Source: a virus
Taxonomy: Duplodnaviria; Heunggongvirae; Uroviricota; Caudoviricetes
DNA: 24,951 nt
Direction: 5' to 3' (one strand)
IMG/VR virus record: IMGVR_UViG_2897333091_000001
The translations under genes were made by a program, and so were the position numbers. Under the pieces are notes generated by a model that was not told the DNA's origin, did not search any database, and saw only the letters and a list, made by a program, of their open reading frames with translations. Positions 8,281 through 17,107 of this stretch are shown here, in pieces (the stretch's first letter is position 1; every line of letters starts with the position of its first letter).

Positions 8281-8430
8281 ATGGGTTTGAAATCAATTGC
8301 TTCAAAAGCGGCGCCCAAAGGGTTCCGTTGGGTTTTCTGCCGTTACCGCAAGGTGCGTGGGAAATCAAAAAAAGTCCTTGATGCTCATGATTACGGGTAC
8401 GAGGCGTGGGCATTTTTAGTGCGCTGCTAA
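8281..8430 (+). CDS. Small basic ORF (49 aa), hypothetical
   Basis: Strong AAGGAGG SD (8264..8270); ATG at 8281 (alternative ATG at 8277 gives a 34-aa product in another frame); MGLKSIASKAAPKGFRWVFCRYRKVRGKSKK..; ends 15 bp before a strong terminator. Confidence 0.35.
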   Translation: MGLKSIASKAAPKGFRWVFCRYRKVRGKSKKVLDAHDYGYEAWAFLVRC

Positions 8431-8444
8431 GGGTTAGTATTTAA

Positions 8445-8466
8445 GGCACCTGCGGGTGCCTTTTTT
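8445..8466 (+). terminator. Rho-independent terminator
   Basis: GGCACC-tgcg-GGTGCC stem-loop followed by TTTTTT. Confidence 0.65.
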
Positions 8467-8563
8467 GTATCCTCTGACCCGATTGGTGTCTTGCTGAGCC
8501 TGATAACTACCAATTTTTGTTATTACTATTCTACTATCGCTCAATCATGATTGGCGGGAGTTG

Positions 8564-8690
8564 AAACCGCAGGCTCGTCGTATGCAAGAACGTGCTGCGG
8601 CTGGCTGGTGAACTTCCGATAGTGCGAGTATTGAATGATTTCCAGCCGTTACCGATTTTACGTATTTTTTGTATGAGAGGATTTACACCT
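8564..8690 (+). repeat. Direct repeat copy 2 (about 125 bp)
   Basis: Aligns along its length with 5266..5390, differing by scattered substitutions. Confidence 0.75.
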
Positions 8691-8930
8691 CCTCCCACCG
8701 ATCCTCCATGACTTTACGTCACTAAATTTTAACAGAGCCGGGAGCACTGCCGGAGCCTGCCTAATCATAATTCGCCCCCAAACTGGACGTACAGCGCTTT
8801 GTGTCCAGGTAGTGGGAAAATGAAGAAAGGACTGTCTGCCAGCAGTTCTGCGACCGCACCGGGCGCAGAGTATGCCAGCAGATTTCCGACTGGCCGCGCA
8901 GCTGCGATGGCACATCTGTCAGCAGGACGA

Positions 8931-9009
8931 AAAGTACTGAATGGTAGCGGCCAAACGGTGGTTTGAAAATGACCGGGCGACACGGTATTACGGGACTTTT
9001 ACAGTACTG
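8931..9009. repeat. 79-bp repeat unit A with AGTACTG terminal inverted repeats
   Basis: AAAGTACTGAATGGTAGCGGCCAAACGGT...GGCGACACGGTATTACGGGACTTTTACAGTACTG; near-identical copy at 9321..9397. Confidence 0.7.
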
Positions 9010-9320
9010 ATAATGAGGAAATGTATATGTATCAGCTTATAAAACTATATGGCGGGCAGATGGCCCCAAATCCATCCGAATACCGAATTTTGTTTCAGGG
9101 CAATTATCTCGCCGCTATATGGATTTATGCTTAGAGTAACAACCATGTAAATAATTGATAATTATAGATTGTTTAGCATGGTTCGCACTCTGAAATGCCG
9201 GGTGCGAGGTTTGGCGAAGATGGCCGATATTCGAGTGTTTTGCTCTTATATCGACGAAATAAGACAGGCGTGGCGGGATTTTTTCTGCGATTCCTGGGAA
9301 AAAAATGAATAAAAACAGTG

Positions 9321-9397
9321 AAAGTACTGAATGGTAGCGGCCAAACGGTACATAAAATGTCCGGGCGACACGGTATTACGGGACTTTTACAGTACTG
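9321..9397. repeat. 77-bp repeat unit B (copy of unit A)
   Basis: Same ends and core as 8931..9009, with a short divergent middle (GGTTTGAAAATGA vs ACATAAAATGT). Confidence 0.7.
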
Positions 9398-9733
9398 GTT
9401 ATGTGTAAAGATGCCAGCTGCGGGCCGTGTTCACCGGCGCACCGAGCGTAAAGTATGCCAGCAGATTTCAGGCTTGCCGCGCAGCTGCAGCATGCGGAAT
9501 GCCAGCACTGGACAGAATCACTGCACCGTCTATGAACTGGCGCCCCTTCATGCCCTGACCGGAGAGGCTTGGATGTACTCATGGAAGACAAAATGCCTAT
9601 TAATGAGGTAAGTATGCAAATTGAGTTAGGGCGAATGAGTGGGAAATAAAAATTACATATGTAGTGATTGCAAACCTGCTACATGAAGGTAACTGCAAAA
9701 AGCATATTACCTTCCTTGTAGCTATAGATAAGG

Positions 9734-11104
9734 TTATTTCTCTTTCTCAGGCAAAACGCGGTCTATAATTTCTTTATTAATTTTAGATGTCGTATTAATC
9801 AATTCGTTTATTTTATCAATTTCCATTTGATGTGACTTCTTGTCTATGGAGCTAAGCGGTGATCTTAATACTGATTTAAGAATGTTATCCATGAATAATG
9901 ATGATTTATCGGTATCGTTCTTATTGATTTCCTGCTTGAAAGATACAAGAGTTTCAGATAGCAATTTTTTATGTGCATAATCTTCACTGATGTTGTTTTG
10001 TTTAACATATTGTATGGCGCTAAATACAAAGAAGCCTATTAATACTGGAATCATTGAGAATCGAGCAAAGAATAATAATAATAAGTTGGGCTCTTGGCCT
10101 GTAGGAGGATAAGAACTAACTTCATTCATCTTGACAAGCATATAAACCACGAATGCTATACATACGATTGCAGCTCCTATTGATACAAAGGCCCAAAACC
10201 TTTTGTTTTTATTTGCGGTTTTGTATGCATCTCTAAAATGTCTTGATAGCCTATATGTTCCAGATAAATTCAATGCGGAATTAGCTTTAGAGTTCAATTC
10301 TTTCGCATTATTTATTTCACCAGATATAATGGTTTTTAATTCTTTAATTTCAGTTTTTTTATCAAGGAGATTTTTAATCTCACTGGCAGACTCAGCAGAT
10401 TTTTTAATGATTTCGTCTTGCATTGATTTGTTTGTATTAACGATATTGTTTAATGTTTCTTCAACAGTTCTTAGCTTTTCACTAGATGATTCTATACCAA
10501 TAAGTGCATCTCTGCTCTTTTTTAGTATGAATTCTATTTCAGAACCGGCGCTTTCAAATTTTTTCGTCTCGGCGTTCAAGTCCGTAACAAGTTTAATGAT
10601 TTTATCATGAGAGTTTGCATTTCTTACTGCTAACTCTCTGATTTGAGTTGCACTTATTTCAATTTCATTTTTCAGTTCTACCACTTTGGCTATTTCATTA
10701 GATGCTTGATTTTTGAACATAGCTAAGGTGTTAGGTTGATTATGCGTGCCTTGGATAAACTTAGATATTCTTGAATACCTAATTAAATCATCATTGATAG
10801 TGATAATGTTCCGATAAATATCATCTGAAAAAATATCAGAAATCATAGATGATATGTAGTTGTCCGTAAGTTTTAGTAGTGAAAAGATATTTTCTTTTTC
10901 TTCTTTTGTAAAGAATTCAGCATGTGCGAAAGGATGGAATTTATTGATTATGGAAATATGTTCGGACATATTTCCCAAAAGTTTGCTTCTTCTGTTGGCA
11001 ACGGTTATGTATTTAGGGTCACTTATGCTTTTTAGCATTCTTATGATTTTTTCAAAATTACCAAAAATAGATGCTGTGGTTGATGAAAATTCATTCAGAG
11101 TCAT
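9734..11104 (-). CDS. Orphan 456-aa protein: long helical/coiled-coil-like N-terminal region, two predicted TM helices, about 90-aa C-terminal tail; function unknown
   Basis: Uninterrupted ORF in very AT-rich DNA; K/E/I/N-rich N-terminal 290 aa; hydrophobic segments FWAFVSIGAAIVCIAFVVYMLV and LLLLFFARFSMIPVLIGFFVFSAIQYV; no neighbouring partner gene on the same strand. Confidence 0.7.
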   Translation of the reverse strand: MTLNEFSSTTASIFGNFEKIIRMLKSISDPKYITVANRRSKLLGNMSEHISIINKFHPFAHAEFFTKEEKENIFSLLKLTDNYISSMISDIFSDDIYRNIITINDDLIRYSRISKFIQGTHNQPNTLAMFKNQASNEIAKVVELKNEIEISATQIRELAVRNANSHDKIIKLVTDLNAETKKFESAGSEIEFILKKSRDALIGIESSSEKLRTVEETLNNIVNTNKSMQDEIIKKSAESASEIKNLLDKKTEIKELKTIISGEINNAKELNSKANSALNLSGTYRLSRHFRDAYKTANKNKRFWAFVSIGAAIVCIAFVVYMLVKMNEVSSYPPTGQEPNLLLLFFARFSMIPVLIGFFVFSAIQYVKQNNISEDYAHKKLLSETLVSFKQEINKNDTDKSSLFMDNILKSVLRSPLSSIDKKSHQMEIDKINELINTTSKINKEIIDRVLPEKEK

Positions 11105-12087
11105 ACTTTATCCATTTAGAAGTTGTGTATTGCAGTGTGTATTACAAAATGTTTGAAAGAAAAACATTTTGAGGAAAAACACTCTGATAATCAAGGAAGT
11201 ATTTTCAAGAGGTTGCATGGTGATCCATTATCCTTCTTCGCCAGCGGGGGATTAACCCCAGTCATGGCTTTCCGGTTAACCGGATATCATTGGGTTCAAT
11301 GCAGTACAAAAAATTGCCCGAAGCAACACTGAAATACCCTGTCACTCACCACACGTACCGCAGGCGACCCTGCCGGTGAGCCATTCTGATTGCGCAGTCT
11401 GTCCGGCGAGCCACTAACTCACTGGAAGAGAAAACAACATATGGCCGCGCAGCGGCGCGGGGATGCCCCTCGCAGGAAAAGTGAGTGACTACCCCGTCGA
11501 CGGCATTCAGCGCCTCACACAGCTGAAAACGGGACCGGTATACGGGCTGGCTAAAACAGGTCTGTTCATACCACGCTCCCCCCTGCCGAACGGGAACGCA
11601 CACTGTTCAACATCGCCCGTATCGATGTCATGTGTTCCGTCACGCATTCTGCCGATGCCAGCGCTGAGACTCGTCTTTCAGGAGGGGCCGCTGCAGGCCG
11701 AGATATGCGGTTGCCCGTCCCTTGCCCTTTTCAGCATTGACAACATCCAGCCTGTCGGGAGCTGCCGCATTGGGTTAGACCTGTGTAAGTCGATGCTAAC
11801 GTCTAACCATTTAACTTCCGCTTGTTGCTCATAACAGGCATTCACTTCAGTTACGGCAGAAAGGTATGCATGCTGGGTGGGGAAAGTGTGAAGGAAAAGA
11901 AGACTGCTGCGCCGTTTGTCGTCACGTTTATCTTCATTGGCTATGCAAGTCGTAATACAAGGTGGGACAAAACTGAGACACATAAGGCCTCGCAATGGCT
12001 TGCAAGGCTTTACATGTTTTGATGTGGTGGGACGTGTGAGCGCAGTGTTGATGGGGTAATGCTTTGAATTAGAAGCGGATTCTTATA

Positions 12088-12133
12088 ATTCGTAATGCGA
12101 AGGTCGTAGGTTCGACTCCTATTATCGGCACCA
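12088..12133 (+). repeat. Perfect 46-bp direct copy of the thrW 3' end (att core; right junction of element 1, left junction of element 2)
   Basis: ATTCGTAATGCGAAGGTCGTAGGTTCGACTCCTATTATCGGCACCA is identical to 1399..1444; flanks diverge immediately after one additional T. Confidence 0.9.
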
Positions 12134-12295
12134 TCTCAACTTCCCCAAACGTCCGTATTCATCCATAAGCACCCTGATTTATAACGATTTTACCGCTTTT
12201 TAGTCCGTCGTTGTCCGTGACCATCCAGTAGAATCCGATACAGAATGTGTATAGGATTGTGTATATGTTCCTGTTCGGTCTTGGAGCCTATACAC

Positions 12296-13471
12296 ATGCC
12301 TTTAAACGATATGCAGATTCGCCGCGCTAAGCCTGAAGATAAACCCTATACGCTTGGGGATGGGCAAGGCTTGTCATTGCTTATAGAACCTAATGGAAGC
12401 AAGAGCTGGCGGTTCCGCTATCGCTACGCCGGTAAACCCAAGATGATCTCGCTTGGCGTTTACCCAACGATCACCCTTGCCGATGCTCGTTCCCGTCGTG
12501 ATGAAGCTCGAAAACTTGTGGCAGAAGGAAAGAACCCTAGTGAGGTTCGAAAAGAGCAAAAGCTGGCTCTGCAAACAGAGTCAGAGAACGCCTTCGAAAA
12601 GATCGCCAGAGAGTGGCATCAACTTAAATCTGCTAAATGGTCAGCTGGATACGCATCAGACATCATGGAAGCGTTTAAGAACGACATTTTTCCTTATGTT
12701 GGAACAAGGCCTGTGGGAGAGATTAAACCGCTAGAGCTGCTGAACGTACTGCGTAAAATTGAGAAACGTGGTGCGTTGGAGAAAATGCGTAAAGTGCGGC
12801 AGCGTTGCTCCGAGGTGTTTCGCTACGCAATTGCAACAGGTAGGGCGGAGTACAATCCTGCTGCGGATCTCTCCAGCGCTCTCGAAGTGCATCAATCCAA
12901 TCATTTCCCGTTCTTAAAAGCTGATGAGATACCCGAATTTCTGCGTGCCTTAGAGAGTTACACCGGGAGTAAAATTGTCCAGATAGCAACGAAATTACTG
13001 ATGATTACGGGCGTGAGAACCATCGAATTACGCGCGGCATTATGGCAAGAATTTGATCTGGATAACGCTATTTGGGAAATTCCTGCTGAAAGGATGAAAA
13101 TGCGCAGGCCGCATCTTGTGCCATTGTCTACTCAGGCGTTAGATTTACTCAATGAACTCAAGACAATGACAGGCAACTATCGTTATGTTTTTCCTGGGCG
13201 AAATGATCCGAGTAAGCCAATGAGTGAGGCCGCTATCAATCAGCTTATAAAGCGACTTGGATACGGTGGCAGGCTTACAGGTCATGGATTTAGGCATATG
13301 ATGTCAACTATTTTACATGATGCTGGCTTTAATTCTCAATATATTGAATTACAGCTCGCTCACGTTGATAGTAATAGAATTCGCGGTACATATAATCATG
13401 CAACATTCATTGAAGAAAGAAGGAAAATGTTGAACTTTTTCTCTTCAACGTTATTTTTAAGGAAAATGTAA
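12296..13471 (+). CDS. int: Tyrosine recombinase, P4-type integrase
   Basis: 391 aa from the ATG at 12296 (MPLNDMQIRRAKPEDKPYTLGDGQGLSLLIEPNGSKSWRFRYRYAGK.. arm-binding N-terminus; C-terminal ..HGFRHMMSTILHDAGF..LAHVDSNRIRGTYNHA); sits next to the tRNA-derived att copy. Confidence 0.88.
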   Translation: MPLNDMQIRRAKPEDKPYTLGDGQGLSLLIEPNGSKSWRFRYRYAGKPKMISLGVYPTITLADARSRRDEARKLVAEGKNPSEVRKEQKLALQTESENAFEKIAREWHQLKSAKWSAGYASDIMEAFKNDIFPYVGTRPVGEIKPLELLNVLRKIEKRGALEKMRKVRQRCSEVFRYAIATGRAEYNPAADLSSALEVHQSNHFPFLKADEIPEFLRALESYTGSKIVQIATKLLMITGVRTIELRAALWQEFDLDNAIWEIPAERMKMRRPHLVPLSTQALDLLNELKTMTGNYRYVFPGRNDPSKPMSEAAINQLIKRLGYGGRLTGHGFRHMMSTILHDAGFNSQYIELQLAHVDSNRIRGTYNHATFIEERRKMLNFFSSTLFLRKM

Positions 13472-15288
13472 ATGAGAATTGAAACTGTTTATATTAAAGG
13501 ATTCAGGAATTACTGTGATGCTGTTATTAATTTTAATGAAACTAATTTGATTATAGGTGCAAATGATGTTGGAAAGACCAACCTATTATATGCCATTCGA
13601 TTATTACTTGATAAAAGTTTATCTGAATTAGATCTAGAACNNNNNNNNNNNNNNNNNNNNNNNNNNNNNNNNNNNNNNNNNNNNNNNNNNNNNNNNNNNN
13701 NNNNNNNNNNNNNNNNNNNNNNNNNNNNNNNNNNNNNNNNGAATTAGATCTAGAACCAAAAAGCAATGACTTTCATGTAAATTCGACAGGTGAACAGGTT
13801 GAAAATATAGAAATCACTATCAAGTTTACAGATGTTAGTGAAGATGCTGTAATATCTAAATTAGGAGGGTATGTTAGCGATGAAGGGGAAACATACATTA
13901 AGTATCTTGCTTCATCATTAACTATGGATTACAAGATATTACTTAGTCATGAACATAACAATTTTGATGAGGTTCCTAATAGATTTTACTTAAAGTGTTT
14001 AAGTCTAAGGTATATAAATTCGCAAAGAGATCTTGAAAAATACATTAAAATTGAAAAGAAGCATCTTTTAAGATTGGCGCAAGAAGTTCGTAGTGAAAAG
14101 GATACTGAAAATGATGGGGCGGTTTTTACTGAATTAAATAAGCTACTTACTGAAGTAAATGAAAAAGTTAAAGGAATAAGTTATGTTGCATCAGCAACAG
14201 AAGAGCTTAACGAGGAACTTAGAAAGTTATCCTATACTCATGATAGATTAACTGTTCAACTTGATACTGGTGCAATAGGGATTGACCAGTTTATAGAGAA
14301 ATTAGAATTAAGTGCGAATACAAATGGGAAGAAACTAATGCTTGGTGGCGATGGGTTTAATAACCAAATCCTTCTTGCGTTATGGAAAGCAAAAAGTGTT
14401 CGCGAGCATGATGTTGAAAGTGAAGTAGTGATCTATTGTATAGAGGAACCGGAAGCACATCTATTTCCTCACCAGCAAAGAAAATTGGCGGCCTATTTAA
14501 TCGATAAACTTCCAGGCCAAGCAATCGTTACAAGCCACTCACCCCAAATTGCAGTGAATTTTAAACCTGATTCAATCATAAAACTATACTATGATGATGG
14601 AGAGACTCTAGCCGCAAGTAATGGATGTTCTGATTGTATTAGCTCTGCATGGGATGGAATGGGCTACCGGATGAGTATTATTCCTGCTGAGGCATTTTTT
14701 GCTAACGTGGTTTTTTTGGTCGAGGGACCATCTGAGGTGATTTTTTACACTGAATTAGCAAAAGCATTAAGTATTGATCTTGATTATTATAACATCAGCA
14801 TTCTTTCTGTTGATGGTATCCAATTTGAAGTTTATAGAAAAATATTAACAGCTCTAAATATTAATTGGATCGTAAGAACAGACAATGATGCTTCAAAAGT
14901 ACCTCATAAGAATGAATGGCAATATGCTGGTGTAAATAGGGCGTTAGCACTGTGTGGAGAGAATAAAGAACCAAACTCAAGTATTCCTATAGATAGTAAA
15001 GCTTTGCATACTAAGTGGGGAACCATTTCACCAATAATAAATCCTAACGGCGTTTATATATCTTTTTTTGATCTTGAAGGAGATCTTGCTAATGACTTTT
15101 CGAAGCATGTTCTTGATTATGCAAGTAAGGATAATCTAGATGATGCCGCTGATTATTTGAGAGGAAAAAAAGCTATACGTATGCGTGAGTTAATTAAAGA
15201 GAAAAAAGCTTTTTTAACTGAACTGAAGAGCAAAGATATAGCCAGACCTCTAATACATGCACTGAAAATTGCTAGAGGTGAATTATGA
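13472..15288 (+). CDS. gajA: Gabija GajA-like OLD-family ATPase/Toprim endonuclease (interrupted by scaffold gap 13641..13740)
   Basis: N-terminus ..IKGFRNY..NLIIGANDVGKTNLLYAIRLLLDK (P-loop), later VIYCIEEPEAHLFPHQQRKL (Walker-B-like) and VVFLVEGPSEVIFY..IVRTDNDASK (Toprim), matching recalled GajA blocks; frame stays open from 13741 to 15288; starts directly after the int stop. Confidence 0.85.
13641..13740. other. Scaffold gap (100 N); flanks share a 16-bp overlap
   Basis: GAATTAGATCTAGAAC occurs at 13625..13640 and again at 13741..13756, in the gajA reading frame (ELDLE) on both sides. Confidence 0.9.
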
Positions 15289-16907
15289 AGCTAACTAAGG
15301 AACAGTTAGATGCAATTGATTACGAAGGTAATCTGGTTATAACTGCATGCCCAGGAAGTGGTAAAACAACAATACTCGTCCATAAGATTGCTGCCTGTTT
15401 ATCCCATTCCAAGGATTATCAGGGAGTTGTTGCGTTATCATATACGAATAAATCCAGCGAGGAGCTAAAAGCCAGATGTAGAAAATTGGGAGCAGAGTTA
15501 AATTCTAGCTTCTTTGGTACTATTGATAAGTTTTTCATTAACGAAATAATATTACCTTTTGTAAGGCAAGTATGGGGCAGAAACGAAAGCGCTCTCGAAG
15601 TAGTAAAGTATATAGATCTTTCTCAAGAATTAAAAGATAAGACAAATAAGTACTTTGACCGAGTGGATTTTTATTCTAATACTTCATTTGAGGGCATGGG
15701 TTCTCTGAGGGATATTTATTTAAAGGGGATGTTGATTTTAGACTTCCTTCCTCACTTGGCTTTTTATATAGTTAGAACATCATATTCTTGTCAGCGGTAT
15801 TTAATGGCAAAGTATATTGGTTTTTTTGTCGATGAGTATCAGGATACCGGTTATTTTACTCATCAGGTTTTCAAGTTCATACCAACGCTAGGGATGCCTC
15901 TTATTATCGTTGGTGATTTGGATCAATCAATTTATTTGTATTCTCACCGCAGTTCGGATTCACTAAAAGATTTCATGAATGATAGTGGTTTCTGTCATAA
16001 GGAAATTACAGTAAATCACAGATGTCACCCATCTATAGTAAATTACGCCAATAGAATTAAAGATTTTGAATGTCAACTAGCTCCGTGTGATGAGATTTTT
16101 GTTTATAGAAAATGTGTTGATGGCAATCAAATTGATATAGCTAAATGGATTGGTGAAATTCTTGATAATGTAAAAAATAAATTTTCAATATCTGATAATA
16201 AGGAGATTGCTATATTGGTAAGAAGCAATGCTTGCGCGGAGCTAGTTTCTGATAATTTAGTTGTTTCTAATAGGGCTTATTTGGATAATGATTTAACAAA
16301 GGCTGGTGGTAAGGTTTCTGGTCTTGTTAATGATTTATTATGTTACAGGTATAACTTAAATAAAACTGCTCAGTCTATTTTGGAGGGGGTTTTGGGAAGC
16401 AGTGTCAAAAGGAGCGAGGCTACTCGTATCCGTAAGGCTATTAAGCAGGTTAGAAGTGTTACAGATGCCTTTCTTATTGACGTAATAAATAAAATTGTAG
16501 TAACTCTTTTAGGGACTGAAATCGAGCAGCATCATAAGTCCGCTCTTTCAGAGATATTAGTTACTCCGAGGATGCAAAATAATTATTTGGATGTTAGAAG
16601 TGATGAAGTACAAATAATGACGTTACATAAGTCTAAAGGTCTTGAGTTTGACTTTGTTTTTCATTTGGATCTGTATGATTGGATTTTGCCTAAAAGAGTT
16701 TTCATAGAAGGAAGCTATGATGTTGTATTCGAAAATGAACAGCAATGCATAAATCTTCATTACGTAGGAATTACACGAGCAAGAAAAGGCATTATGCTAA
16801 TGCATTCTACGAAACGGTATAATGGTTCAGGTGATCTTAAGAACGGGGCTCCATCTCAATTTCTTTTGAAACCTGGGTTAGATGGCCTTTATAAAAAAAT
16901 AAATTAA
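15285..16907 (+). CDS. gajB: Gabija GajB-like UvrD/PcrA-type SF1 helicase
   Basis: 540 aa; LDAIDYEGNLVITACPGSGKTTILVHKI (motif I), FFVDEYQDTGY (motif II), LIIVGDLDQSIY, VNHRC, MTLHKSKGLEFDFVF (motif V/VI-like), matching recalled GajB blocks; 4-nt ATGA overlap with gajA. Confidence 0.88.
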   Translation: MKLTKEQLDAIDYEGNLVITACPGSGKTTILVHKIAACLSHSKDYQGVVALSYTNKSSEELKARCRKLGAELNSSFFGTIDKFFINEIILPFVRQVWGRNESALEVVKYIDLSQELKDKTNKYFDRVDFYSNTSFEGMGSLRDIYLKGMLILDFLPHLAFYIVRTSYSCQRYLMAKYIGFFVDEYQDTGYFTHQVFKFIPTLGMPLIIVGDLDQSIYLYSHRSSDSLKDFMNDSGFCHKEITVNHRCHPSIVNYANRIKDFECQLAPCDEIFVYRKCVDGNQIDIAKWIGEILDNVKNKFSISDNKEIAILVRSNACAELVSDNLVVSNRAYLDNDLTKAGGKVSGLVNDLLCYRYNLNKTAQSILEGVLGSSVKRSEATRIRKAIKQVRSVTDAFLIDVINKIVVTLLGTEIEQHHKSALSEILVTPRMQNNYLDVRSDEVQIMTLHKSKGLEFDFVFHLDLYDWILPKRVFIEGSYDVVFENEQQCINLHYVGITRARKGIMLMHSTKRYNGSGDLKNGAPSQFLLKPGLDGLYKKIN

Positions 16908-16924
16908 AAATTACTTGGCGCGCA

Positions 16925-16943
16925 ATGCTCTCCCCGCCACGCC
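16925..16943 (-). other. cos-like site resembling P2/186-family 19-nt cohesive-end sequence
   Basis: Reverse complement GGCGTGGCGGGGAGAGCAT is one mismatch from the 186-type and three from the P2/P4-type cohesive end as I recall them; lies between the cargo and psu, where P4 carries cos. Confidence 0.5.
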
Positions 16944-17044
16944 CGCCCGCTTTGTGGGGCGGTTTTAATGCAGTTGTACTGTCACGCTCAGGCTGCGCCG
17001 GGAATGGCGCGGTCTGCAGAAAATGAGGCAGGGAAACGCATGCA

Positions 17045-17077
17045 AAGCCATGCACCTTATCGATGCATGGCTTTTTT
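17045..17077 (+). terminator. Rho-independent terminator between gajB and psu
   Basis: AAGCCATGCA-ccttatcga-TGCATGGCTT stem-loop followed by TTTTTT; an A-run on the other side allows bidirectional function. Confidence 0.6.
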
Positions 17078-17107
17078 CAGTAAAAACAGGCGGATTTTCG
17101 GGGAATT

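Larger units (their letters stand above)
1445..12087. mobile_element. Integrated element 1: P22-type-integrase prophage or prophage remnant in thrW (contains a 100-N scaffold gap, true length unknown)
   Basis: Bounded by intact thrW (3' end 1399..1444) and a perfect 46-bp direct copy of that 3' end at 12088..12133; int/xis at left; invertible tail-fibre segment, pin and AT-rich cargo toward the right. Confidence 0.65.

Noticed and set aside
8931-9397. Possible CRISPR array or retron ncRNA at the 79-bp repeats
   Set aside because: Only two copies, far longer than CRISPR repeats and 311 bp apart; no cas gene and no reverse transcriptase anywhere in the window.
8658-9611. GC-rich ORFs of 71-97 aa on both strands across the A/B and X/X' repeats
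   Set aside because: They overlap each other and the repeats, lack SD sequences and have non-protein-like Arg/Cys/Ser-rich composition; most likely artefacts of GC-rich repeat DNA.
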